A stretch of 64,000 nucleotides of DNA from an uncultured Actinomycetes bacterium. GTDB lineage: Bacteria; Actinomycetota; Thermoleophilia; Gaiellales; Gaiellaceae. The notes beneath the pieces were generated by a model. That model saw only the letters and a list, made by a program, of their open reading frames with translations, was not told the origin of the DNA and ran no database searches. The stretch lies in assembly GCA_963698935.1 (NCBI GenBank), contig CAVOSU010000024.1, positions 42,952 through 106,951 of the forward strand, written 5' to 3'. The translations under genes were made by a program, and so were the position numbers. Positions within the stretch are counted from its first letter, which is position 1, and each line of letters opens with the position of its first letter. This document shows, one piece after another, positions 37,576 to 48,441 of this stretch.

Positions 37576-38922
37576 ATGGTCCAGTTGGACACCCTGGTGA
37601 GCGCCGGCTCGAGCACGCTCGTCGAGCCCGTCGCACGGCTCGTCGGTCACCTCGCCGTCCCGGGGGACAAGTCGGTCTCGCACCGCGCGGTCCTGCTCGG
37701 GGCGATCTGCGACGACGAGACGCGTGTCACGGGGTTTGGCCGCTCCGCGGACACGGAGGCGACGATCGCCGCGGTGCGCGCGCTCGGGGTCGAGATCGAG
37801 GAGGAGGGGGCGGACACGCTGCTCGTGCGCGGAACGGGCGTCGCGGGGCTCACCGCCCCGGACGGGCCGATCGACTGCGCCAACGCCGGCACGCTCGTCC
37901 GGTTGCTCTCCGGGATCCTCGCCGGGCAGCGCGGATCCTTCACGCTCACGGGCGACGGATCGCTCTCGCGTCGCCCGATGGCCAGGATTGCCGAGCCGCT
38001 CGGGCGCATGGGGGCACGGGTCGAGACGACCGACGGCCACCTCCCACTCACGATCGGTGGCGGGTCACTGCGCGCCATCGACTACGCCCTGCCGGTCGCG
38101 AGCGCCCAGGTGAAGTCCGCGGTGCTCCTCGCGGGGCTCTACGCCGACGGCGAGACGACGGTCGTCGAGCCCGCGCCTACGAGGGACCACACCGAGCGGA
38201 TGCTCGCCGCCGCGGGCGCACGGGTCACGATCCGGCCGACGAGCGTGACGGTCTCACGGGCAGACCGCCTGTCGCTCGGCCCGTTCGAGGTCCCCGGGGA
38301 CTTCTCTTCCGCCGCGCCGTTCCTCGTTGCGGCGACGCTCGTGCCGGGCTCGGAGCTCCACGTGCACGGCGTGAATCTCAACCCGAGACGGACAGGGCTG
38401 CTTTCGATCCTGGAGCGGATGGGCGCGCGGATCACGGTCTACAACCGGCGCGAGGTCGGCGGCGAGCCGGCCGGCGACCTCGAAGTGCACGCGGCGCCTC
38501 TCGTCGGCACGGTCGTGGAACGCGCGGAGGTTCCCATCGCGATCGACGAGTTGCCGCTGTTCGCCTTGGCGGCAGCATGTGCTCGCGGCGAGAGCGTCCT
38601 GCGGGGAGCCGAAGAGCTCCGCGCGAAGGAGTCGGACCGGATCGAGGCGACCGTCGACGCGCTCCGCGCTCTCGGCGTCCGCGCCCGGGGGACGGACGAC
38701 GGGCTCCGCATCACGGGGGTCCCGGCACGTCTGCGGGGTGGGCGCATCGCGAGCCGCGGGGACCACCGGCTCGCGATGCTCGGGGCGGTCGCCGGGCTTG
38801 CGTCGCGTGAGGGTGTGCGCATCGACGACGCGGCTGCGGTCGCCGTCAGCTTCCCCGACTTCTTCGAGATGCTCGACGAGCTCCGGCGCACCTCGGCCGT
38901 CGAGGAGGACGACCGGCGATAA
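37576..38922 (+). CDS. aroA: 3-phosphoshikimate 1-carboxyvinyltransferase (EPSP synthase)
   Basis: VPGDKSVSHRAVLLGA, CANAGTLVRLL, LRAKESDRI, DHRLAM. Confidence 0.95.
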   Translation: MVQLDTLVSAGSSTLVEPVARLVGHLAVPGDKSVSHRAVLLGAICDDETRVTGFGRSADTEATIAAVRALGVEIEEEGADTLLVRGTGVAGLTAPDGPIDCANAGTLVRLLSGILAGQRGSFTLTGDGSLSRRPMARIAEPLGRMGARVETTDGHLPLTIGGGSLRAIDYALPVASAQVKSAVLLAGLYADGETTVVEPAPTRDHTERMLAAAGARVTIRPTSVTVSRADRLSLGPFEVPGDFSSAAPFLVAATLVPGSELHVHGVNLNPRRTGLLSILERMGARITVYNRREVGGEPAGDLEVHAAPLVGTVVERAEVPIAIDELPLFALAAACARGESVLRGAEELRAKESDRIEATVDALRALGVRARGTDDGLRITGVPARLRGGRIASRGDHRLAMLGAVAGLASREGVRIDDAAAVAVSFPDFFEMLDELRRTSAVEEDDRR

Positions 38923-38932
38923 CCTCCGGCGC

Positions 38933-39559
38933 GTGATCGTGGCGATCGACGGGCCCGCAGGCGCGGGGAAGAGTTCGGTGGCGAGGGAGCTCGCGACGCG
39001 GCTCGGGTTCAAGTACCTCGACACGGGAGCGATGTACCGCGCCCTCACGTGGCTCGCACTCCACGAGGGCGTCCCGCTCGACGACGGCCTCGGGCTCAGC
39101 GCCCTCGCGACGACGAACCCGGTCGAGTTCGGCGACGGCGGCACCGTCGCGATCGGCGGTGAGGAGGTCACGCGCCGGATCCGCGAGCCCGAGATCGACG
39201 CCGCCGTGCCGGTCGTCGCGCGCCATCCGGAGGTACGCGAGGTGATGCGCGGGCGCCAGCGGGAGCTCGGCCAGTCCGGCGACTCCGTGATCGAGGGTCG
39301 CGACATCGGCGTCGTCGTCGTGCCGGAGGCCGACGTCAAGGTCTGGCTCGTCGCCGACCCGGGTGTGCGCGTCACTCGGCGTCACGCCGAACGAGACGGC
39401 CTCGGCGTCGACGAGCTCGCCGAGGAGCTCCGCCGGCGCGACGAGCGCGACGCGATCAACACCCACCAGGCGCCCGACGCCGTCGAGGTCGACACGACGG
39501 AGCTGACGCTCGACGAGGTCGTCGACCGGGTCGCCGCCCTCGTGGCGGCCGCCCGATGA
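38933..39559 (+). CDS. cmk: cytidylate kinase
   Basis: VIVAIDGPAGAGKSSVAR...YLDTGAMYRA. Start at GTG 38933. Confidence 0.9.
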   Translation: MIVAIDGPAGAGKSSVARELATRLGFKYLDTGAMYRALTWLALHEGVPLDDGLGLSALATTNPVEFGDGGTVAIGGEEVTRRIREPEIDAAVPVVARHPEVREVMRGRQRELGQSGDSVIEGRDIGVVVVPEADVKVWLVADPGVRVTRRHAERDGLGVDELAEELRRRDERDAINTHQAPDAVEVDTTELTLDEVVDRVAALVAAAR

Positions 39560-40215
39560 ACCTCGCGCCGTACACCTGGGCCGTCGGGCGGCCGACGATC
39601 GGCCTCGCGGGGCGGTTGGCGACCCGTCTCCATGTCTACGGGCAGGACCGCGTTCCTCGCGAGGGCGGCATCGTGGTCGCCTCGAACCACTTCAGCTGGC
39701 TCGACCCCGTCGTGCTGGGCGCGGCGAGCCCGCGCATCCTCTACTACATGGCGAAGATCGAGGCCCATCGCGTCCCGGGCTTCGGGGCGTTCATCCGGTC
39801 GTTTGGCTGCTTCTCCGTGCGGCGTGGTGAGTCGGATCGCGACGCCGTACGCACGATGCGCCGCGTCGTCGCCGACGGCAACGCGCTAGGGCTGTTCGTC
39901 GAGGGGACCCGCCAGCGGTCCGGCGTCCCCGGCACGGTGCAGCCCGGCGCGGCCATGGTCGCGATCCAGGAGAACGCCCCGATCGTGCCGGTCGCGATCC
40001 ACGGCACGCAGACGTGGTCGCCGAGGCACCCCTCGCCGGTCTCGATCGTCTGGGGCGAGCCGCTCGCGCTCGAACGGCTGCCGAAGGGCGGCAGAGGGTA
40101 CAAGGAGGCGTCGGCGCAGATCGAGCACGAGATCCGGCGGCTCTGGGACTGGCTCGTCGCGCTGCACGAGCAGGGCAGGCCTGACGGCGTCCCCCCGCCT
40201 CGAGACCGTCGATAG
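39556..40215 (+). CDS. plsC: 1-acyl-sn-glycerol-3-phosphate acyltransferase
   Basis: ATGA overlap with cmk. NHFSWLDP (HX4D) and FVEGTR motifs. Confidence 0.9.
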   Translation: MNLAPYTWAVGRPTIGLAGRLATRLHVYGQDRVPREGGIVVASNHFSWLDPVVLGAASPRILYYMAKIEAHRVPGFGAFIRSFGCFSVRRGESDRDAVRTMRRVVADGNALGLFVEGTRQRSGVPGTVQPGAAMVAIQENAPIVPVAIHGTQTWSPRHPSPVSIVWGEPLALERLPKGGRGYKEASAQIEHEIRRLWDWLVALHEQGRPDGVPPPRDRR

Positions 40216-40262
40216 CCGTGGCCGACGAGGAACTCGACGCACGGCGGCCGAAGAGGTCAGGA

Positions 40263-41560
40263 GTGCGGGGACGGTCGCGATCGTCGGCTTCCCCAACGTC
40301 GGCAAGTCGACGCTTCTCAACCGCCTCACCCAGAGCCGCGCGGCGGTCGTGCACAAGACCGCGGGGGTGACGCGCGACCGCAAGGAGCTCCTGTGCGACT
40401 GGAACGGCGTGACCTTCAGGCTCGTCGACACGGGAGGCGTCGACGAGGAAGACACCGGTCCGTACGGCCGGCACATCGCCGACCAGGCGCGCGCCGCCGT
40501 GGCGGAGGCCGATCTCGTGTTGTTCGTCGTCGACGCGACGGCCGGCATCACGCCGGGCGACGAGGACCTCGCGTCGATCCTGCGCGTGTCGGGAAAGCCG
40601 GTGATCGTGCTCGCGAACAAGCTCGACGATCCTCGCCGCGACCTCGAGGCAGTCGAGTTCCACCGCCTCGGGCTCGGCGACCCGGTTCCGCTCTCCGCGT
40701 TGCACGGGCACGGGACGGGCGACCTGCTCGACGAGATCGTCTCGCGGCTACCGGGTCGGGACGAGCCCATCGTCGACGAGTCCGCGATCCGCGTCGCGAT
40801 CCTCGGCCGGCCGAACGTCGGCAAGTCGTCCCTGCTCAACGCGCTCCTCGGCGAGGAGCGCGTGATCGTCTCGAACGTACCCGGCACGACGCGTGACACG
40901 ATCGACACCGTCCTCACGCGTGGCGACACGACGTTCGTGCTCGTCGACACCGCCGGCCTGCGGCGCAAGCGGCGGCAGCGGCAGGGAATCGAGTACTACT
41001 CCGAGCTGCGGGCGCTCGACGCGGCGGAGCGCGCGGACGTCGCCCTCGTCCTGGTCGACGCATCCGAAGGCATCGTCGAGCAGGACCTCGCGGTGGCGGA
41101 CGTCGCACGGAAGGCGGGCTGCTCCACGCTCGTCGTCCTCTCGAAATGGGACATCGGAGTCGTCGACCTCCAGGAGACCCGCGGGCTGCTGAACCGCCGT
41201 CTCCGTCAGCGTCCGCCCGCGGTCGCGGTGTCGGCGGCCACCGGACGCGGGTTGAGGCGCGTGCTCGATCATGTCGAGACGCTGTTCGCGAAGCACGTCA
41301 CGCGGATCCCGACCCCTCAGCTCAACCGTGCGGTGGCCGAGCTGAAGGAGGCCCGTCCCGGGCCTGCGGGCGAGCGCGGACGACGCCTCAAGCTGCTCTA
41401 CGCGACCCAGACCGCAACCCGGCCACCGCGGCTCAGGATCTTCGTCAACGACCCGAGGCTCGTCACCCGCGACTACGCATACTGGGTCGAGAACGAGCTG
41501 CGCGCCCGCTTCGAGCTGCAGGGCGTGCCGGTCTCGATCGACTTCCAACGCTCCGAGTAA
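40263..41560 (+). CDS. der: ribosome biogenesis GTPase Der (EngA); 5' end needs 1 extra G in the GGGG run at 40267-40270
   Basis: Two GTPase domains: GFPNVGKST...DTGG and GRPNVGKSS...DTAG. The first G1 motif (from 40271) has no in-frame start after the stop at 39887-39889. With GGGGG the start reads GTG-CGG-GGG-ACG = MRGTVAIVGFPNVGKS. The track ORF starts only at 40349. Confidence 0.85.
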
Positions 41561-41633
41561 GAACTCGTTGCAGACTGGAGCCTTGTGCCGTCGTGACGCG
41601 GTGGGAGCCCTGACGGCCGACGGGCCGGGCGCG

Positions 41634-41639
41634 TAGGGT
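41634..41639 (+). promoter_or_regulatory. -10 box, leaderless gpsA
   Basis: TAGGGT, 6 nt, ATG 41646. Confidence 0.45.
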
Positions 41640-41645
41640 CGAGCG

Positions 41646-42602
41646 ATGGACGTCGTCGTCGTGGGCGGGGGCTCGTGGGGCACGGCATTCTCGCGACTCC
41701 TGGCCGACCACGGCCACGTCGTCACGCTCGCGTGCCGCGACCCGGCGCAGGTCGCGGAGATCGCGGAGACCGGCCACAACCCGCGCTACCTCTCGAGCGT
41801 CGATCTCGGCGGGATCGCGGTGACGACGATCGACGGGGCGGACGTCGAGAGCGCAAACCTCGTCGTGGTCGCGGTGCCGAGCGCGGCCTTCGGCGACGTC
41901 GTCGGTGCGCTGCCCGGGCGCGCACCGATCCTCAGCCTCACGAAGGGGCTCGACCCGGTGTCCGGCGACCGTCTCTCGACCATCGTTCGCGACCGGCCGA
42001 TCGCGGTCCTGTCGGGCCCCAACGTGGCGGAGGAGATCGCGCAGGGCCTGCCCGCCGCCGCGGTGATCGCGTGCGAGAGCCTCGCGCTCGCCGTGCAGCT
42101 CCAGCTCGCGATCACGTCGTCGGCCTTTCGCGTCTACGTGAACGACGACGTCCTCGGTGTCGAGCTCTGCGCAGCGGCGAAGAACGTGATCGCGCTCGCC
42201 GCCGGAGGGGCCGACGGGCTCCGGCTCGGCGACAACGCAAAGGCGGCGCTCGTTGCACGCGGCCTCGCCGAGATGCGGCGGCTGGCCGAGGTCGCCGGCG
42301 CCCGGTCCGAGACGTTCACGGGCCTCGCGGGGGTCGGCGACCTGGTCGTGACCTGCTGGGCGCGCTCGGGCCGCAACAGGCGCTGCGGCGAGCTCGTCGC
42401 GCAGGGCGCCACGCCGGAGGAGGCGGCTCGCTCGATCGGGATGGTCGTCGAGGGGCTGACGACGGCGCCGGTGCTCCGCGAGCTCGCGCATCGGCTCGGC
42501 GTGGAGATGCCGATCACCGAGGGGGTCTGCGCGGTCCTCTCGGGCGTGCCCCTGATGGACCTCGTCGCGCAGCTGATGCAGCGTGAGCCGACCCTCGAGT
42601 GA
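41646..42602 (+). CDS. gpsA: NAD(P)H-dependent glycerol-3-phosphate dehydrogenase
   Basis: VVVVGGGSWGTAF...GPNVAEEIA...AAKNVIALAAG. Confidence 0.95.
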   Translation: MDVVVVGGGSWGTAFSRLLADHGHVVTLACRDPAQVAEIAETGHNPRYLSSVDLGGIAVTTIDGADVESANLVVVAVPSAAFGDVVGALPGRAPILSLTKGLDPVSGDRLSTIVRDRPIAVLSGPNVAEEIAQGLPAAAVIACESLALAVQLQLAITSSAFRVYVNDDVLGVELCAAAKNVIALAAGGADGLRLGDNAKAALVARGLAEMRRLAEVAGARSETFTGLAGVGDLVVTCWARSGRNRRCGELVAQGATPEEAARSIGMVVEGLTTAPVLRELAHRLGVEMPITEGVCAVLSGVPLMDLVAQLMQREPTLE

Positions 42603-42644
42603 ACGGTTGCCGATCTCTCGATCGCGGCTAGGGTTCGACGGGCG

Positions 42645-43913
<1,269 letters not shown>

Positions 43914-44024
43914 TCCTCGCCTGCGGCGGGGCACATCCCTAAAGGCGGCGGCTTCGCCGCCGCAGAAGCGGCGTCCACTCGCGAGCAACTCGTTTCGTCC
44001 CGCGGACGCGCTGGAAGGGCTTTC

Positions 44025-44040
44025 CGCCGCAATTGCGGCG
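44025..44040. terminator. 16-bp perfect palindrome between convergent genes (possible bidirectional terminator)
   Basis: CGCCGCAATTGCGGCG, 15 nt beyond the stop of 44056-44655. No clear U tract. Confidence 0.3.
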
Positions 44041-44055
44041 TTCGCTCGCGATCAG

Positions 44056-44655
44056 CTAGGGCTTGGTTTCGTGAACGCGCTGGACGACCTTCCCGACCGC
44101 GTCCGTCAGCCGGGCGAGGACCTCATCCGCACGCTGCTGTGTGAGATGGCCGTTCGCCACCGCCGCGTCGAGGCGTGCCCTGGCCGGCGCGACGACCGCA
44201 TCGACGAGCCCCTCGACGGTCTTGCCGTGCGCCCTCGCGATCTGGGCGAGCGACTTCCCGGCGCGGAGCTCGGACCGGAGCTCCTGCGGCGTGATGCCGA
44301 GGTACTTCGTGGCGGGGCCGAGCCGATGGACGCGGGCGCGGATTCCGCGAACGAGCGCCGGGTGCTTCATGGCGAGGCGTCCGCGGAGGCGGAGCCCCAG
44401 GCCCTTGGCAACGGCAAGCCGCTCCTTCAAGTTGGCGCCCTGCTGGGGCGTCAGCTTCCCGGCCTTGACGGCGGCGTCGATCCGCGCGGTGATCGCGTCC
44501 TTGAACGCCTGGCGAAGCTTCTCGGGGGCGATCCCGAGCCGTGCCGCCACGTCGTCGGCGAGCGTCGGCGAGCCGGCGGCGGACGCGCCTGCTGCAGCGA
44601 TCCCCAGGACTGCGACGGCGGCAACGGCCGCGGCGATGGCGCTGAGACGTCTCAC
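44056..44655 (-). CDS. secreted hypothetical protein with two helical repeats
   Basis: GAAGGAG 8 nt upstream of GTG 44655. Signal peptide RRLSAIAAAVAAVAVLGIAAAGASA. Repeated LGI(A/T)P(E/Q)(K/E)LR...G(K/H)LT(P/Q)QQ motif. Confidence 0.6.
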   Translation of the reverse strand: MRRLSAIAAAVAAVAVLGIAAAGASAAGSPTLADDVAARLGIAPEKLRQAFKDAITARIDAAVKAGKLTPQQGANLKERLAVAKGLGLRLRGRLAMKHPALVRGIRARVHRLGPATKYLGITPQELRSELRAGKSLAQIARAHGKTVEGLVDAVVAPARARLDAAVANGHLTQQRADEVLARLTDAVGKVVQRVHETKP

Positions 44656-44739
44656 GTGGGTCACTCCTTCGGACGAGGTCTCCGGATCGAACCACCGCGC
44701 GGTTCGCACGCGATGATCGGAGGGTAAGCGCGGTGTAAG

Positions 44740-45426
44740 TCAGGCCGCAAGGCGGACGTACAGGCCCTGCGCCGCCTTCTCGCCGATCTCGCGCTCGCTC
44801 GCGTCGAGCACCACCGCGAGCTGGCCCGCCGCCTGGTGCACGGCACGGATCTCGATCTTCGACCCGGGGACGTACCCCTCGTCGTAGAACCAGTGCAGGA
44901 GGTCGCCGTCGTGCTCGGCGAGGCGGACGATCTCGCCCGCCTGCCCCGGGCTGAGCTCCGCGAGCGTGAGCAAACCCTCGTTCTCCGTCTGCTCGAGCTC
45001 CGTCGAGATCGGCCAGCCGTGCGGACAGCGGTCGGGCCGGCCGAGGCGCTCGTAGATCCGGTCGATCATCTCGTCCGTGAACGTGTCACCCATCTCGTCG
45101 GCGTACACGTGCGACTCCGACGCGGTGTAGCCCATGAAGTCGGTCAGGAAGCGCTCGATGATCCGGTGCTTGCGGACGACCCGCTCGGCGCGCTCGATGC
45201 CGACGGGCGTCAGGATCGCCTCCTTCTGCTCGCCGCGCTCGACGAGGCCCTCGGCCTCGAGGCGCTTCAGCATCTCTCCGGCGGAGGCGCGTGAGACGCC
45301 CAGCATGTCGGCGACGCGGGACGCGATCGCGCTCTCGCCGGCGGGGCGGTACTCGCCGATCGGGAACGCGAGGAAGTAGATGACCTCGAGATACTCGTCG
45401 ACCGAGTGCCCGTGACTCCCCGCCAT
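44740..45426 (-). CDS. DtxR/IdeR/MntR-family metal-dependent transcriptional regulator with FeoA/SH3-like C-terminal domain
   Basis: DEYLEVIYFL...SRASAGEMLKRLEAEGLV...HRIIERFL...ADEM...CPHG. Confidence 0.9.
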   Translation of the reverse strand: MAGSHGHSVDEYLEVIYFLAFPIGEYRPAGESAIASRVADMLGVSRASAGEMLKRLEAEGLVERGEQKEAILTPVGIERAERVVRKHRIIERFLTDFMGYTASESHVYADEMGDTFTDEMIDRIYERLGRPDRCPHGWPISTELEQTENEGLLTLAELSPGQAGEIVRLAEHDGDLLHWFYDEGYVPGSKIEIRAVHQAAGQLAVVLDASEREIGEKAAQGLYVRLAA

Positions 45427-45432
45427 CAGGCG

Positions 45433-45438
45433 AGTCTA
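45433..45438 (-). promoter_or_regulatory. -10 box, leaderless dtxR-family gene
   Basis: Minus strand: TAGACT, 6 nt, ATG (45426). Confidence 0.45.
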
Positions 45439-45474
45439 CCCTGGCAAAGCGGGAGGGTCGTCGCGGCTCGCCAG

Positions 45475-45480
45475 TACCCT
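45475..45480 (+). promoter_or_regulatory. -10 box, leaderless priA
   Basis: TACCCT, 6 nt, GTG 45487. Confidence 0.45.
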
Positions 45481-45486
45481 CGACAC

Positions 45487-47419
45487 GTGCCCCTCGCGTC
45501 CGTCTATCCGCTCGTCTCGACCCGAACGCTCGCCCGCCCGTTCACGTACGAGGTGCCGGAGGGGACGGCGAAAGGCGCGGTCGTCTCCGTCCGCCTCGGG
45601 CGCAGCGCGACGCGAGGGGTGGTCGCGGACGTCGGGGTCGGCGCGCCGCCCGGGATCGAGCTTTCGCCCGTCGGCCGCCTGCTCGACGAGATCCCCCCGC
45701 AGCTCGTCGACCTCGCCTTGTGGCTCGCCGACTACTACGGGTCGACACCTGCCCGCGCGCTCGAGCTCGTCGCGCCCGCGCGCCGCGCGCCGCGTGGGGA
45801 ACGGCCCTCGCCTGCCCTGCGCGAGTCGCTCGAGGGCGAGCCCGAGCCGGAGCGGCTCTCGGACGACCAGCGGGACGCGGTCGCGCGGATCGTCGCGGCG
45901 CTCGACGAGGGGGTCGGTGAGCACGTCCTGCTCGAGGGGCCGACGGGCAGCGGGAAGACCGAGGTGTACCTCCAGGCGTGTGCCGCAGCCCTCGAGCGCG
46001 GCCTGGGAACGATCGTCCTCGTCCCGGAGATCGCGCTTGCGCCGCAGACCGTCGGCCGCTTCCGGCGCCGCTTCGGCGACCTCGTCGCGATCGTCCATTC
46101 GTCGCTCGGCGACGCCGAGCGACGCGACGAGCGCGACCGGATCGCGCGCGGGGAGGCGCGGATCGTCGTCGGCGCGCGGTCCGCCGTGTTTGCACCGATG
46201 CGAGGCGTGGGGCTGATCGTCGTGGACGAGGAGCACGACGCTGCGTACAAGCAGGAGTCGGACCCCCGGTACGACGCGCGCACCGTGGCCGCGAAACGCG
46301 CCGCGCTCGAGGGTGCCGTGGCGGTGTACGGCTCGGCGACCCCGCGGCCCGAGAGCTGGGCGCGACTTCCGCGATGCTCGCTCGGCGCGAGGATCGGAGC
46401 GCCGATGCCGCGCGTGCGGCTCGTCGACCTCCGGCGCGAGGCCGGCTATCCGCTGTCGGCGCCGCTCCTCGAGGCGCTCGGCGGGCTCGTCGAGCACGGT
46501 GGGCGGGCGATCCTGCTCCTCAACCGGCGCGGCGTGGCGCCCGCCGTGCACTGCCGGGCCTGCGGCGTCTCGCGTCGCTGTCCGCACTGCGACGTCGCGC
46601 TCACGCTCCACGCGGACGGCGCGCTCCGCTGCCATCACTGCGGACAGACCGACACCGTCCCCACGACCTGCCCCGAGTGCGGCTCCGCGGAGATCGCGAG
46701 GATCGGGGCGGGCACGCAGCGCCTCGAGGCGGAGCTCGCGAAGCGGCTGCCCGAGCTCGAGCGGTTCCGGCTCGACGCGGATGTCGCGACACGCCCCGGC
46801 GCCGCGCGTGACGCCTTCGAGCGATTCCGCGCGGCCGAGCGCGCGGTGCTCGTCGGGACGCAGATGGTGGCGAAGGGCCATCACGTGCCAGGGGTCTCGC
46901 TCGCTGCGGTCGTCGACGCGGACACGAGCCTCGGCCTGCCCGACTTCCGGGCGGAGGAGCGGACGTTCCAGCTCGTGACGCAGCTCGCGGGGCGCAGCGG
47001 CCGCGACGCGCCGGGCAGGGTGCTGGTGCAGACGTTCCAGCCGGATGCGACGCCGCTCCGCCACGCCGTGAACCACGACGTCGCCGGCTTCCTCGCGGGC
47101 GAGCTCGAGCGCCGCGAGGCGCTTGGCTACCCACCGTTCCGGCATCTGGTCTCGATCCTCGTCTCCGGGCCCGACCCGCACGCGCCGCTCGCGGCCCTGC
47201 AGGAGCTGCGCGACCGGCTCGAGGGGCACGAGGGCGACCTGCTCGGTCCTGCGCCCGTGCTCCGGCTCCGCGGCCGACACCGCGCCCAGCTCGTCGCGAA
47301 GACGACGCAGCCGCGTTCCATCGCACGCCAGGCGTCCGCGCTGCTCGCGGCAGCGGCCAGGACGATGCGCCACGACGGGCTCACCGCGGTTGTGGACGTC
47401 GATCCCTCAGTCGCTGTAG
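45487..47419 (+). CDS. priA: primosomal protein N' (replication restart helicase); natural stop reached only if one C of CCC 47404-47406 is removed
   Basis: GPTGSGKTEVY and DEEHD are present, with Cys4 zinc fingers CRACG...CPHCD...CHHCG...CPECG. It ends ...AVVDVDP, then PQSL-TAG (47417-47419) in the +1 frame. The track ORF instead runs on as Arg-rich sequence to 47997 across the next two genes. Confidence 0.85.
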
Positions 47420-47428
47420 AGATCGCGC

Positions 47429-47836
47429 GTGGACGAGTCGCTCACCGCCACGATCCGCGAGTCGATGCCGCTCGCCGAGCTGCTTGGCTTCGAGGCGGTC
47501 GAGGGAGGGCCCGAGGGCGTCACCCTGCGAGGCACGTGGTCGCAGGAGCGCTGCACCGCCGCCGGCGTGCTCCACGGCGGTTACTTGACGGCGCTCGCCG
47601 ACTCGGCCGCGGCGACGCTCGCGTTCCTGAACCTCCCGCCGGGCGCGACCACCTCGACGATCGAGGCGAAGACGAACTTCCTCGCTGCCGTGCGCGACGG
47701 CGCGGTGACGGCGCGCTCCGAGCTCGTCCACAAGGGGCGGACGACGATCGTCGTCCAGACCGACGTGACCGACGACGCGGGTCGTCTCGTTTCGCGCACG
47801 CTCCAGACCCAGGCCGTGCGGCAAGGCGCGGGCTAA
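47429..47836 (+). CDS. PaaI-family hotdog-fold thioesterase
   Basis: GVLHGGYLTALADSAAA...ELVHKGRTTIVVQTDV. Confidence 0.85.
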   Translation: MDESLTATIRESMPLAELLGFEAVEGGPEGVTLRGTWSQERCTAAGVLHGGYLTALADSAAATLAFLNLPPGATTSTIEAKTNFLAAVRDGAVTARSELVHKGRTTIVVQTDVTDDAGRLVSRTLQTQAVRQGAG

Positions 47837-47839
47837 GAT
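47834..47839 (+). promoter_or_regulatory. -10 box, leaderless def (overlaps the upstream stop)
   Basis: TAAGAT, 6 nt, GTG 47846. Confidence 0.4.
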
Positions 47840-47845
47840 CGCGGT

Positions 47846-48436
47846 GTGTCCGACCACGAGCACGAGCCCGAGCACGACGACGAGCCGCTGACCGAGGCGG
47901 AGGCTCGGGCCGAGGCGGAACGCCTGGTCCGCAAGGAGGTGGCGCTCGCGCAGGTCAGGCAGTACGGCGACCCCGTGTTGCGCATGCGTGCGGATGACGT
48001 CGAGACCTTCGACGAGGAGCTCGCGCGGATCGCCGGGCGGATGGTCGAGCTGATGCACGACGCCGACGGGGTCGGGCTCGCCGCAACGCAGATCGGGATC
48101 GTCCGGCGGTTCTTCGTCTGCACACTCGCCGACGAGGACCGCGTCCTCGTCAACCCGGTCGTCACGCCCGTGGGCGACGACATGGAGCTCGACGACGAGG
48201 GCTGTCTCTCGCTCGGGTCGATTCGCGTGCCGATCGAGCGCGCCGTTCGGATACAGGTCGCGGCGCGGGACGAGACCGGCGAGCCGGTGTCGCTCTCGCT
48301 CGAGGGAATGGATGCGCGTGTCGTGCAGCACGAGCTCGACCACCTCGACGGGGTGCTCCTGCTCGACCGGACCGACGCCGAGGCGCGGCGCGAGGCGCTC
48401 GCGCAGCTCCGGCCGAGGCTCGTTCTCACCTCGTAG
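47846..48436 (+). CDS. def: peptide deformylase with acidic His/Glu-rich N-terminal extension
   Basis: GVGLAATQIG, EGCLS, HELDHLDG. Confidence 0.95.
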   Translation: MSDHEHEPEHDDEPLTEAEARAEAERLVRKEVALAQVRQYGDPVLRMRADDVETFDEELARIAGRMVELMHDADGVGLAATQIGIVRRFFVCTLADEDRVLVNPVVTPVGDDMELDDEGCLSLGSIRVPIERAVRIQVAARDETGEPVSLSLEGMDARVVQHELDHLDGVLLLDRTDAEARREALAQLRPRLVLTS

Positions 48437-48441
48437 GTCTA

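Noticed and set aside
42603-42644. SAM riboswitch upstream of metK
   Set aside because: The spacer is only 42 nt and contains just a TAGGGT -10-like box.
45406-47997. 863-aa priA ORF as given in the track
   Set aside because: The first 27 codons precede the leaderless promoter and start at 45487. The last ~190 codons are Arg-rich and overlap the PaaI thioesterase and def genes.
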